Source: Octopus sinensis
Taxonomy: Eukaryota
Reading direction: 5' to 3'
NCBI RefSeq assembly: GCF_006345805.1
Contig: NC_043004.1
Span: forward strand, 806,001 to 870,000
DNA length: 64,000 bases
In this document: positions 39,347 to 52,985 of the stretch, piece after piece
How the letters are laid out: each line of letters starts with the position of its first letter
How positions within the stretch are numbered: the first letter of the stretch is position 1
The notes under the pieces: generated by a model
Seen by the model: only the letters and a program-made list of their open reading frames with translations
Databases searched by the model: none
Told to the model about the DNA's origin: nothing
Program-made: the position numbers and the translations under genes

Positions 39347-39815
39347 TTAAACTCCTTAGCATCCAGCTTTTTCTGGGAATGACATTGTAAAGGAAGTGTG
39401 AGAGAGTGGATCTGGCCAGTTGTGAACTTAAAACAGGTGGAATATTTAGGCTGGATATGGTTGTAAGGTTAAGCAAGTATTTTATATTCATACTTAAATT
39501 TAGCGTTTCTTTTGTAAGCTGAAGTCAGCACCTGTTATTGAGTGAACATAACATATGTTGATTGTTGTACTGGACAGAGAGGAGACCTAATTTGAAGCTT
39601 GTTCTCCATTTTCTATTTGTGAAGGCCATTAACATTTGGGTTGGTAGTCAGTAGATCTGCTGTGATGACCTGCAACTTTTATTTGTGTTGCTAGCCACAC
39701 TGGTGACACAAACTCACAGAAAGTATCTACATTTACAATTGTCACAGTCTACTTCATAATGGAAATAAATAATTCAAACTACTTGTTTGTTGTTGAAAGA
39801 AAGAATCAAGTTTAA

Positions 39816-40035
39816 CCCTTTCATTACCAACCTGGCTGAAACCAGCTCTGGCTCTGAGTACAAATGTCTTGTTTCCATAAGTTTTGAATTAAAATCTTCC
39901 ACCAAACCTTCGTCACAATTTATGTTCCTAACACTAGCTTAATGATAATTAAGTTATTTTACTAAATTATTTATTATATTTAAAGTAATTGAAAGAAACA
40001 CAGAGCATCTCAAAATAAATACAGTAACGAAAGAG
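39816..40035. mobile_element. piggyBac-type MITE P1
   Basis: TTAA|CCC...|TTAA; close match to 38849-39069. Confidence 0.85.
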
Positions 40036-40544
40036 TTAAATTGTTGTGGGCCACTCTTTTCTATTCAGGACAGAAGAGGATTTTGTTTGTGTGAATATAT
40101 ATATATTTTTTCGTATTGTTTAACTAAGAGGTTTATAGTAAGAGTACCACCTAGTGTTAACCATTCAATTATGTTGGGAAAAGGTTGCTGCAAGTGAGAA
40201 AAACTGTGTCTCGCTCAAAGCATTGTTTAAATTTTTCACTATGGGAACAAGTCTACCATTTTAACCATGTTGAAATTTTTCTTCTTTGAATCACAAAATC
40301 TGTGGTTGTTTGTGTTAAACTGTTAGTGAGATGTTTATCTGTTACTAGCGGCAGTTTTTAGGGATTGTACAAGGGTATGAGTAGGGATGTTTTCATCTGA
40401 AATGTCCTTGATCATTGGTCAGTTTGAGCAGGGTGCTGATCTGGAGATAAACAATGACATCACACACACCCACACACACACACACGTGTGTGTATATATA
40501 TATATATCACCAAAATCAAAAATCAAAAAATCAAAATCAAATTC

Positions 40545-40970
40545 GATGACTGGTGTCTGTGCTAGCAGGGTGCGAAGAACACCATATGAGTGTGATCATT
40601 GATAGAGTGGCTAACTGGCTTCCATGCCAGTGGCACTTAAAAGGAACCATTTGAGTGTGATCGTTGCCAGAGCGGCTAACTGGCCTCTATGCCAGTGGCA
40701 CGTAAAAGACACCATTCGAGCGTGATTGTTACCAGCATCGCCTTACTGGCACCTGTGCCGGTGGCATGTGTAAACGATTCGAGCGAGGCACGTAAAAGCA
40801 CCTACTACATTCTTGGAGTGGTCGGCATTAGGAAGGGCATCCAGCTGTAGAAACTCTGCCAGATCAAGATTGAAGCCTGGTGCAGCCATCTGGTTCGCCA
40901 GCCCTCAGTCATTCGTCCAACCCATGCTAGCATGGAAAGCAGACGTTAAACAATGATGATGATGATGATC
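40545..40970 (+). mobile_element. Family S3 copy
   Basis: Four GTGCC..GGCAC subrepeats plus tail. Confidence 0.75.
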
Positions 40971-41194
40971 ACCACTATTTAATGAATGCTTTTCATGCTG
41001 GCAAGCATGGGTTGGACATTACAACAGAAGTTGGAGTGCTAGAGAACTGCACCAAGATCTACTGTCTGCTTTGGGATGGCTGCCCTTAACTACCTTAGAG
41101 TATATCCCACATGCTTTTTATGTTTTACCAGCACCTGTGAGGACACCAAGTAATTCACAAGACCCTTATAATATAGCCAGTCCACTTATGCATA

Positions 41195-41615
41195 CCATTC
41201 CTTCTAGGGACACAAAACTCTGCTTGTGAAGACCTGTTGAGGCTAGTGAAGTCGAAATCGATCAAAAATCAATGGAAATTGCAGTTGTGATACCAGTGCC
41301 GGTGGCACGTAAAAGAACTATCCAAATGTGGCCGTTGCCAGTGCCACCTCGACTGGCTTCTGTGCCAGTGGCACGTAAAAAGCACCAACCGATCGTGTCC
41401 ATTGCCAGCCTCGCCTGGCACCTGTGCTGGTGGCATGTAAAAAGCACCCACTACATTCATGGAGTGGTTGGCGTTAGGAAGGGCATCCAGCTGTAGAAAC
41501 ACTGCCAGATTAGACTGGAGCCTGGTGCAGCCTCCCATGGCTTACCAGACCCTGGTCGAACCGTTCAACCCATGCTAGCATGGAAAGCGGACGTTAAACA
41601 ATGATGATGATGATA
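41195..41615 (+). mobile_element. Family S3 copy
   Basis: Colinear with 30400-30800. Confidence 0.8.
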
Positions 41616-42114
41616 TATATTATGTTTGACAGCTCAATAAAGAAGTGCCAATTTTTCAAAGTAGATGGAACACATGTGTTAAAGGGACACTCAGGAAGAC
41701 CTCAGGATAACCTCAGGACACTGTACCTTCCAAACAAGATGACAAAGGGCTGAGATACCTGACACCTTGCTGTACTCAAAGACCCATACTACACAGCAAA
41801 GTGGTTGGCATTAGGAAGGGCATCTAGATGTAGAAATCATGCCAAACAAGACTGGGACTTGATTCAGCTCTTGTCAAGCTGTCCAACCTTTGCCAGCATC
41901 AGAAATGGACTTTAAACAATGATAGTGATGATGATGATATATATATATATATATATATATATATCTTTATTTTATGATGTATTGTTAATTATGATCCTTT
42001 CGGGGTCGATAAATTAAGTACCAGTTACGCACTGGGGTTGATGTAATCGACTTAATCTGTTTGTCTGTCCTTGTTTGTCCTATATGTTTAGCCCCTTGTG
42101 GGTAATAAAGAAAC

Positions 42115-42160
<46 letters not shown>

Positions 42161-43360
42161 TATATATCTTTATTTTATGATGTATTGTCTGTTAGTTATG
42201 AATGAAGGTGAGAACCTAGGTAAACATGTCATTCATATATTGTTGAATGATGTGTAGGTGTGGGTAAGTGTTGACGAAGGCAGTGCAGATCAAGAAAATG
42301 AATAAAATGCTTGTTTCATGGACTGTAATAGCATTACGCATGCGTGTGCACACATTCGCACATTTTGTGTGACTGCAGTGTACATGTTTATATGCATGTG
42401 TGTATGTATGGTTTTCATTTGAATTCATTTTCTATGTTGTTATTTTGTGTTGGTCACAATGACATTGTTGTAATTACTAAGCGTTAACCAATCACTATGG
42501 GTAGAGGCATCCTTCTTTTCAAGACTGAATTTATAATGAAACCAGGATGTCTGTATGGTTGCAGTTTGTTCTCTTGTGCACTCAGTGGTAGTGAGCATTT
42601 TCTATGCAAGTTGGTATCTGTATGGCTTGTGTTGATCAACTGGAATCTCAGACCGTTGTTGCTCATGAGATTTTAATTGAGATTTTCATTTGTATATGAA
42701 GTATGGGTTGTCTTGGATGGGTTGATATGAAAATAATTACAGGTTTCTGTGTGTGTGTGTGTGGGACAGGAAGACATAAACCTGTCATACATAACATTCT
42801 TTATTAAGTCTGTTATTTGTGAATGTCGCAAACACATTAATATTAGCTTTCGCTCACTTTATTTACCTGCTTACGTAACTATCAATTTACCTATCTTTTA
42901 CCTATCTGCCTTTATATATCCCTGTCTATTTAGCTGTCTGCATATATATTTTGTATAATGTCTGTCTACACACACATACAGTCATCGTTATTTTGATGCC
43001 CACTTTTCTATGCTTGCATAGTTTATAGAGGTAGATTTTCTAAGGCTTCATGCTCATCCTGTCACCAACCCTCACCTGGGAGTAATATTTCCCTATGGCC
43101 AGATGCTTTTGTTGAATATTGGAAATGAAATGCTTGTGTGACTGTGACGATCATTTTACAACCCTCACACAATATCAAAATGAGGAGACATGAACAAGCG
43201 GTGCCCCGGCATGGCCACAGCCCGTGAGCTGAAACTAGATGAAATAAAAAATAAATAAATAATGAAATAAAGCATGCATGCATACATATATAAAACAATC
43301 ATGATAGTTTAATGTCCTCTTTTCCATGCAAGCATGGGTTGGATTGAGTTTACTTGCTGC

Positions 43361-43607
43361 ATGTGGCGTAGTAGTTAAGAGCGCAGGCTACTTACCCCAA
43401 GATTCCGAGTTTGATTCCAGGCAGTGACCTGAATAGTAATAATAATAATAATGATAATATCGAAAAATACCTTAGCAATGAGAACCCAGGTTCGAAATTT
43501 CCCCCAGACACCTGATGATGGCTGGAGGGTATATCAGCTGAAACGTTATGTTAACAACAAGCAAAATGAGGACAAATATCCGTCAAATGTAAATAATGTA
43601 AATAATA
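43361..43607 (+). mobile_element. tRNA-headed SINE carrying a hammerhead ribozyme, with 10-bp TSD
   Basis: A box TGGCGTAGTAG, B box GAGTTTGATTCC, (AAT)n linker, hammerhead, (AAATAATGT)2 tail. TACTTGCTGC at 43351-43360 and 43608-43617. Inserted into another repeat. Confidence 0.8.
43507..43552 (+). ncRNA. Minimal type I hammerhead ribozyme motif
   Basis: GACAC-CUGAUGA-U-GGCUGG(AGGGUAUA)UCAGCU-GAAAC-GUU-AUGUU: 6-bp stem II; stem I has one C-A mismatch. Confidence 0.65.
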
Positions 43608-45410
43608 TACTTGCTGCTGGTTTTCTATGGCCAGGTGCCCTTCTTGTCACCAACCTCATCCATTTCCAAGCAAAACATGTTCTCTCAGAGTATTAGAAAT
43701 GACTGAGACTGCTTGTTTTACATCTATATCTTGAAATGCCAATACAAGGTAACACACACACACACACCATCATCACCATCATCATCATCATTTAACGTCC
43801 ATGTTCCATGCTGGTGTGGGCTGCGTGGCTTGACTGGACCCAATTGGTCAAAGGACTGCATCATACTGCAATGCTGTCCTTGGCATGGTTCCTACGGCTT
43901 GATGCCCTTCCTAATGCCAACCACTTGACAATGTGCCAGGGGTACCTTTTTTTGACAGTATGCCAGGGTACCTTTTTTTTTCATGTCACCATCACTGTTG
44001 AGGTTATCATGCAGCTCACAAAACTACAAATTCCAAGGGATGTATTGTCAGTTTTATGCATGGAATTGAGGAGGAGATACAGTATAAGAGAAGAGAGTGG
44101 ACAGAGGAGGCTCTTGTGTTAAAGTTGCATGTTTGCTCATATCTTATAAAAGAGGGGGAGAATGATCAATAGAAGCTGTGAAAAGATAGATATTAGAGAT
44201 GAGGAGTCCAGGTGGCCTGAGGCTTCTTTCAGTTTCATCATCATTTTACTTCTGTTTTCCATGCTGGCATGGGTTGGAGAGTTTGACAAGAGCTGGCAAG
44301 CTGCAAGGTTGCACCAGGCTCCCATTGTCTGTTTAGGCATGACTTCTATGGTTGGATGTACACAGAGTGTACTTGTTGCTCTCTACATGGCACCAGCATG
44401 GGTGCCTCTTTATGTGGAACCAGTGAGGGTGCCTATTTATGTGGCACCAGTGCGGGTGCTTTGGAAACGACACCAGTGTGGGTGCAAATGCTTTTCGTGT
44501 GGAAATATCCATTCACAAGGTTTAGGTTGACCTTGGGCTATAGTAGAAGACACCCAAGGTACCATACAGTGAAACTGAACCTGAAACCATGTGGTTGGAA
44601 AGCAAACCTATCAACCTCACAGCCATGCCTGCATGCAAATGTCTCTGAAATACTCAACCACTTATTACCATAATCTCAAGTCTGGAGTTGCATTGATCTA
44701 CAACTAAACTACCCATTGCCATTGCCGACAGAAGATTCATTAAATTTTATGTGTGTAAAAGAGAATTATTGAGCCTATAAAGAAGGAAACATTGGCGAGG
44801 GTGTGTATGTATGTATGTATGTATGTGTATGTATGTATGTATGTGTGTGTGTGTGTGTGTATGTGTGTGTGTATGTGTATGTATGTGTGTGTATGTATGT
44901 GTGTGTATGTATGTATGTATATTGTATGTTTGTATGAGAGTGAGAACGACAAGCTACAATAATGAGAGAGAGAGAAGAGAGGAGGAATGAGAGAAGAGAG
45001 GAGGAATGAGAGAAGAGAGCCATAACCATAAGGTTCTAATAGAGTTAAACTCTTGTAAGAAAAGAGAAAAGAAGGAAAGAAAAATAAAAGCAATTATAGA
45101 TAATATGAAATCATTAGTAGCTGGTAGCGATGTCGGTAATGGTTACAATGGTGATCTATTCTGACTGACGAAGAAGACATCACACAAATAAATTACCTTT
45201 TGAGTAGATAAAATAGGTTTCGGTAGAATGTGTGTGAAAGTGAAAGTAATCTTTTGGTGATCAGCATTTTTATATTTCAAATCTTGTCAGTCTTAAAATG
45301 GTTTTTATGGCACTTAGTATGTGACAAGTCTAAAATAAAAATCAATTCTCTTCTTGGACTTGTGATTCATCAGATGCTGGCGATGGAAGCAGACATGGGA
45401 GCGTCTACAT

Positions 45411-45604
45411 TAGCAGTTCCCAACTGCAGCTCCCAGAGCTGCATGTGGCCCTCGAGCATCTTTCTGGCAACCACCGATGGCCTTCCCTCTATAAATATAA
45501 ATTTTTTTTCGATCGATTTATTTTGCTCTTTTTTTGTTTCGACTCCCTAAAAAAATCCAGGGTTTAGATCTGGCCCAGATACGAAAAAAAGTTGAGAACC
45601 ACTG
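45411..45604. mobile_element. hAT (Charlie-like) MITE
   Basis: TAGCAGTTCCCAAC / GTTGAGAACCACTG; TSD GTCTACAT/ATCTAAAT (6/8 match). Confidence 0.65.
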
Positions 45605-45949
45605 ATCTAAATGTTTATTTGATCTACCAGAAGCAGCTGCTAAATACCCCTCAAATTGTACATAACTATTTTAACCCCTGGATTGCATAATTGAATTTCC
45701 TGGTCATTCCATCAAAAATGGAATTGATATTTTCTGCTTCTGTGATACTTTACAGTATCTCATGTTGATACAGTTTCTTGCCCTGTAAAAAGATATTTGG
45801 TGAAATGGTGTGAAACAGTTAAGTAAATCTGAAAATTGTTTTTTATAAAAAGTGTCACTGAGGGTATTTCTGCTTCTTGCAGCATAAAGAGAGATCCCTC
45901 CCCACCAAAAAAAAAGCTGTCGGGTGGAGAAACCACTTTCTGCAGTTAA

Positions 45950-46351
45950 CTCTTTTACTTGTTTCAGTAATGTGACTGTGGCCATGCTGGAGCACTACCT
46001 TTTAGTTGAGCAAATCAACCCCAGGACTTATTCTTTGTAAGCCTAGTACTTTTTCTATCGGCCTCTTTTGCCAAACCACTAAGTTACGGGGACATAAACA
46101 CACCAGCATCGGTTGTCAAGCGATGTGGGGGGGGGGGGGACAAACACAGACACACAAACATACATATATATATATACATGCATATATACAATGGGCTTCT
46201 TTCAGTTTCCGTCTACCAAATTCACTCACAAGGCTTTGGTCGGCCCGAGGCCATAGTAGAAGACTCTTGCCCATGGTGCCATGCAGTGCGACTGAACCTG
46301 GAGCCATGTGGTTCATAAGCAAGCTACTTACCACACAGCCACTCCAACGCC
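45950..46351 (-). mobile_element. SINE S1
   Basis: Reverse complement of S1. Confidence 0.85.
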
Positions 46352-47458
46352 TATAAACAGTAAAAGAAATTTGAGCAAATATATCTGCTTTCCGCATTCA
46401 AAAGGTTACAAAGAAAAGTAAAAGGGGACAATGGGTAGTGTTTATCCAAGGTATTCTGTACCTGAAAACGAGATTGGTTGTAAAGTCACAGCTTGAATAC
46501 CTTTGGTGAACAGTCGACTTGATGAGGACTTGCTTGCTGCTAAAATACAATTCCAGGTGATATTTTGAGAAGTGTATTTTCATTGTTTCTGTTTTTAATA
46601 TTTTTTTCTTTAAGCTGAAATTTGATCAAAATATCTGAGACCTGACATTGTATTTCAGTACAGATAGGTATGTAGATCCACTCTCCCCACCCTCCACCTT
46701 TCCTCACGTTGCCACCCTTACTGTCAATGGTCTCCCGAGACTACTTTCAATAATAAACCTCTTTATTCTGTAAAAATGGTTCTGTTTACTTTGGTGTATA
46801 AATAGTAGGCCTCCTTCCTCTCCAGGAATTTAATTGACAAAAGTAGAACTTTGTGTGTGCAGTGGGGGTGTTTAGTAGAATGTACAAGAAAGAGCAGGGT
46901 ACAAAGCCGCTATTCTGAACAGTATGAGCAGTCGTGGACGTATCCCTGTCGTATTTTCCCTCCCCTATTTTGGCAGGGAGAATATGATATACAGTTGATT
47001 TCAGTGGCTTTGGCCCTTTGGTTCATGTTACAGGGGTGAATGAATATCAGCTTTCTTAGTTTGACGTTATGCAATTCATATTCCCTTCATTTTTGTTGCA
47101 TCCACTTCCTGAGCAAGATATTTCATTTGTTTACACGTAACTGCATTCCTAATGCAACACTGGGCATGTGTTTCAATTAACTTTTGAATAATCATGGATT
47201 TTGAGGCTTTTTCAAATTATGTATGTATGTATGTATGTATATATATGTATGTGTGTGTGTGTGTGTATGTATATATATATATATATGTATGTATTTATAT
47301 GTATGTATATATGTATGTATATGTATATATGTATGTATATGTATATATATGTATATGTATATATATATGTATATGTATATATATATGTATGTCTATGTAT
47401 ATTTATATGTATATGTACATATATATGTATGTCTATGTATATATATATGTATATGTAC

Positions 47459-47496
<38 letters not shown>

Positions 47497-47583
47497 GTAT
47501 GTCTATGTATATATATATGTATATGTACATATATATGTATATGTATATATATGTATATATATATATATGTATGTATATGTATA

Positions 47584-47976
47584 CTAGCAGTATCGCCCGG
47601 CGTTGCTCGGGTTTGTAAGGGAAACAACTATATAAGCATTTTTAGAGATGTAAAGTATAATAGCCATCTCAATATGGTTAACCACAAAGGGGGTGGTGTT
47701 ACCGTAGCTTTTTACGTTCTGAGATTTAATAAATTTTTAGAGAGTTACTTCCCTTATATATGCCAAAAATGCATTAAAAATGGGAAAAGTTGATGGTAAA
47801 TTTTTTTTAAATTGTAGACTCATCGTAGATGCACGCTAATACCCAGAAGGGCTCGATATGAATCACGACTATAAGATACCCGGTTTTGGTTAAACTGCAC
47901 CGCAAAATGTGGGAGTAGTTAGGAATCTAAATCGTAGGAAACAGACAGCACACAACCTCACTTTTATATATAAAGA
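47584..47976 (-). mobile_element. Non-autonomous Helitron H2 inserted in a TA/TG microsatellite
   Basis: A|TCTTTATATATAAAAG 5' end; 3' ~30 bp identical to H1 (CGAGCAACGCCGGGCGATACTGCTAG|T); different interior. Confidence 0.8.
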
Positions 47977-48588
47977 TATATATGTATGTATATGTATATA
48001 TATATATGTATGTATATGTATATATATATGTATGTATATGTACATATATATGTATGTGTGTGTATATGTGTATGTATATGTACATATATATGTATGTGTG
48101 TGTATATGTGTATGTATATGTACATATATATGTATGTGTGTGTATATGTGTATATGTATATGTATGTATATATGTGTATATATATGTATGTATATATGTG
48201 TATATATATTTGTATATATATAATGTATATATATGTGTATACATATGTGTATATATATATATATATATATATGTAAACTACATCTGTTAGTGTTTGGAAC
48301 ATGAATTAACAAAAGGTTCTTAAATAAAATCCTGATTTTCATCAGCATATGACTTCCACTTTTTCATCCTGTCGTGCATTGGTTAGTTGGGTTATCTTAG
48401 GCAGAGTTTTATGCTTGGATGCTCTTCTTGTTACCAACAAGAATTGCTAATAAGTAAATAATTAATTATTAGTGGTTGTTTTTGTTGTTGTTCATTAAAA
48501 TTACAATATGTAGTTGTTGAGTCTGCCCTAATCACTTTGGCTCGAGCAATTTGAACATTTAGCTTGTTGTTGTTGTGGTTGCTGCTTG

Positions 48589-48982
48589 TTTGTTTGTTTG
48601 TTTGTTGAGCGAAGCGATCTTCGTCCCAGAGCTCACAAGTTGTAGTGGGAGAAGTCCGACACGTGGTGTTTTGCTATTTGTAAGACCCGCAGAAGAGAAA
48701 GCAAGTCAACCCCCCCAACACCGAGAGCATCGGCGGATGGATGAATGTGCATCCAGGCTCAGCGGTTGCGTAGGAAGTTGGGGACAAGAAACAGGAAGAA
48801 AGAGTGAGAGAAAGTTGGGGTGAAAGAGTACAACAGGGGTCGCCACCACCCCCTGCCGGAGCCTCGTGGAACTTTAGGTGTTTTCGCTCAATAAACACAT
48901 ACAACACCCGGTCTTGGAATCGAAACCCCGATCCTCTAACTGTGAGTCCGCTACCCTAACCATTGGGCCATTGCGCCTCCAG
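48589..48982 (-). mobile_element. tRNA-derived SINE S4b with 15-bp TSD
   Basis: Head and middle related to 19990-20178, different tail ending (CAAA)n; TGTGGTTGCTGCTTG at 48574-48588 and 48983-48997. Confidence 0.8.
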
Positions 48983-50159
48983 TGTGGTTGCTGCTTGGAC
49001 CCTGGTTCACTCTGATACATACAGAGGGGACATCAAAATTATGCCAGGCTCAGTTCTGTTTCTGCTTCTCCTTGAACAAAACACACCATTGATCCTAAAC
49101 TATTAACCTTTCATTCTTTCCCTCTCTTCCTCTATCCCTCATCCTTCTCCTCCGCTCTCTTCACTCCTTTCACTCTGTCACATCCTGTCTGGACAGTTTT
49201 TCCCAAACATGTGAGAATTTCTCAACTATCCTGCAATGCTTGCTGTTCCACTCCAATGTACAAATTAACTTGATTAAAAGTAATTCTCTTGAATAGAATT
49301 GTAGCTTTGTTGTAGAAGGCAGGATGTGTTTTAGGCTGGTTTACTACCATGCTATATACCACCATTCAGTGTTTGTTTTGAGAAGGGTCAAAGGAGCAGC
49401 CAGTCAGAGTGGGGGCTTATTTTGAGTAAGGTCAAAGGGGTAGCCGGCCAAAGTGGGTGTCGTATATTGTATTTAGTTTACTGTGCAACTTGCCTTTTTT
49501 TTTCATCTAGGAAAGTTGATTTTAACTGAAGAACTGAAAGTTTGGGGTTGATTTTTTTCTTTTTTATATATAAAGTGGTTCTCCCTCATTGCTGCAATGC
49601 TTTTCATTAAAGAAAAATATTTAATTTATCTTCCTTAATCAATTGTAACCACCTGGTTTTAGATTCAATTCCATCGTGCAAGCATCTTCTATAACTCTGG
49701 GCTTACCAATTCTTTGTGAGTGAATTTAATAGATGGAGACTTGAAAGCCTCATCATCATTTAATGTTTGTCCTCCATCCTTGTCTGGCAGGATCCAATGT
49801 GTCCAAGGATTGCATTGTGCTCCAATGTCTATTTTAGTATGGTTTCTATGGCTGTATGCCCTTCCTAAAACCCACCACTTTACAGTGTGGATTAGGTGCT
49901 TTTTTTTCTGTGCCACCAGCACTGTTGATGTTGCCATGCAGTTTTGCAAGCCTACACCCACTGGGAGGAGGGTGGGAGATGCAGGATTCAGCGTCATGCT
50001 AAGCAACAAGGGGACTGCTACAAGAAGGGTGGGACAAAGCAGGTTCTCATAAAGGGATTTGTCTGGTCACTTAACATCTGGTTGGGAAAGGGAGAAAGAG
50101 AAAATGTTGAGTAGGGGGTTACAAGAAGTAGCAGATAGTCCTGAGGTTCCCAGGTGGCT

Positions 50160-51330
50160 CCACAAAGTTTTTGGCATACACTCACATTGCACAACCAACG
50201 GATCATACTGGGTTCACTTCTTTCCAGTCTTCTCAAGTCCTCTTCATTCAAGGCCCATGTTTCACTATCATACAGCATTGCAGTTCTAAGACAAGCATCA
50301 TACAACCTGCCCTTCCCTCTTAGGGAAAAGATCTTTGCTGTCAGTGATAGTAGCTCCCTGAACTTTCTCCAACCAGTTCTTTAGCAATTATACTTTCAGA
50401 GCAACCACCTTCCTTATTATAATTACATCTACATGACAAACACCATCAACTATTTCTAATGAGCCATCATGGCATTTAAGAGACTTCATTTTCAATGTGC
50501 TCATACATACTGGCATATGAAGCTTACATTCTCTGATAGTCTGCTAGTGATTCTATTACATTTCTTATCTGTTCAGAGCTTGAGTACAGCTTATGGCGTT
50601 TATACCTACCCCTTTTCTACATATCAAGTAAAGCCGTTTCCTTGATGGCACCAGTGTCCTGTCATCTTTCCTACTTACTAAAACCTTAGTCTTCAACAAT
50701 TTAACCATAATGACTTACTATTAGCTTCCATTCCTTGAATTTCTTCTCTAATTCCTCTTTGGATTCAGTTATAAGAACTAGATCATCAGCATGTAGAAGA
50801 TTCCTGAGACAGCTAGTCTAAACACTTCAATGATGGTTTGGAAGACTATGACGAACAGGAGAGGGCTGATGATTGACCGTTGATGGTCAATAATCCTACT
50901 TTCATGCTAAAGTCATCACTGAAGTTATTACTGACCCTCACTTTACTTACTGCTTCCTTTACAAGCCATTCATCTACACCAAGTTTCTTTAAAGCCTACG
51001 AAACCACTGAATATAGTTCCTTGTCAAATGATTCCTCCAAACTAATGAAAGCCTAAAATTGCAGTTAATTCTCAAGATTGCATTTGGGGTGCCTCTTCTA
51101 GGGACGAAGCCAATTTGCATCTCATCCAGGTTTTCTTTATCCCAATAAAGATGGAAGATAAAAAAGAATTGTATACTATGGAGACTAAAAATGGTTGTTT
51201 CAATTCTAAGGATTTCTTAAGAATTTAGCAGATGTGACTGACTAAAGTTGAACTTGCATAGTTATAACCTGTTTCAGTGAGGGTTTTGTTAAAGAATGTA
51301 GAGCCTAGCTTGTTTGTGGTACCTTCAGTA
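50160..51330 (-). pseudogene. Degraded RTE-clade LINE reverse transcriptase fragment
   Basis: QIGFVPRRGTPNAI, HQRSIISPLLFVIV, LLHADDLVL (YADD motif) and YDACLRTAMLYDSETWALNEEDLRRLERSEPSMIRWLCNVS; many stops and frameshifts. Confidence 0.85.
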
Positions 51331-52051
51331 TTTTCTAATATGAAGGCAGTGAGCTGGTAGAAACGTTAGCACAGCAGGCAAAATGCTTAACGGTATTTTG
51401 TCTGTCTTTACATTCTGAGTTCAAATTCCGCTGAGGTCGACTTTGTCTTTCTTTCTTTCGGGGTCGATAAATTAAGTACCAGTTTCATACTGGGGTTGAT
51501 CTAATTGCAGGCCTTGTGCCTAGAGTAGAAAAGTATTTTCTAATATGTATATCTTTGCATATATATAAATAGAAATGCACTCTTGGGCATGGTTAGTGTG
51601 GTTACAGTTTAATTCATATTATTGAAGTTTAGTGATTGAGTTTGTGGCAGAACTCAGAGAGAGAAGGGATTCCAGAGGAAGGATTTGGAGAGGCTAAATG
51701 CAAGGCATGGAACTCTAGGAAACAAGTTGATCTACACCTTTTATAAAAGTGAAAGGGCTTGGGAAAGCAGAGGTTGTTTAGGGGGAAATGAATGCTGTCA
51801 TTCATATTATCCTCAACTAGTAAACCTCATTTAATTGTCCCCTTTTCCATGTTTGCTTGGGTTAGACAAAATTTGTTGCGGCAGATTCTATATGCCTAGG
51901 ATACCCTTTTTGCCAACCTTCATTTGTTTGCGGGCAAGTTAATAGTTTCCCAAAGCCAAACATGTTTTTCGCCGAAGAAACAAACAGCCTCGCTTGTATG
52001 AATGATGATGATACTCTTTTACAACCATCACATGTCTGGATAAGAGTACAC

Positions 52052-52108
<57 letters not shown>

Positions 52109-52985
52109 AATATCTTCCTTGATTTTTCTGCTTTTATCTAAATGCATGTGCTCATTCAAATGTCAATTGCATCAATTACTAAATTGCCTTGCTTTTATTT
52201 ACCAGCTTGATAAATGGTGAAATAAATTAATACTTTGGCCAGGAAAGCCTGGCTAGCTGTTTTCCTCAAGGTTTTTGGTGGTTTTTAACATATTATCATC
52301 ATTATCATCATATGTCCATTTTCCATGCTGGCATGGGCTAGACAGTTTGACCAGAGCTGGCCATCCAGAGTGCTGCACCAGGCTCCACTCTGATTTGACA
52401 TGATTTCTATGGCTTGATGCTTTTCCTGAAAAAGAAAAAGAAAAAAAAAAAAACAAACAAACAGACAAAAACAAAAACAAAACCAAAATTCTATTTGTTT
52501 TATGTTGAAACTGGCCAGATCCAGCCTCTCACACCTATCCTTAAATGTCATTCTAAAAATATACAATCACTGAAATTTCATAGCTATAAAACAATGTGAA
52601 TAAATAAGCATTACTTTTGACAGAGTGATCTGAATGCTAAGGGTTTAAATGTGTCATCCACTTCTCTTCCCAGGTCCATTGCTTTCCTGTTGAGCTTCCT
52701 GTTGGTCTTAAGTCCTTTTATTCTAATAAATTCCCTTGAACTGCTGCTCTTTGGAGCTCACTGCTATCATCTTGATGTTCAGTCCATCTGTCAATTGACA
52801 TCTGAATTTATAGGCCCTTTTTTTCCTTCTTGATAGTCCCTTATATTGGCCTGAAGCTTTGTTTGGGACAAAATCATAAAAAAAAACCACACAAAAAAAA
52901 GCACCCCTCCACTCAAATATAAGGTTCTGTAGATTGCTGATGTATAATAGTGTTACAAGATACGGTATGTAATTAGTGTTTTTAA

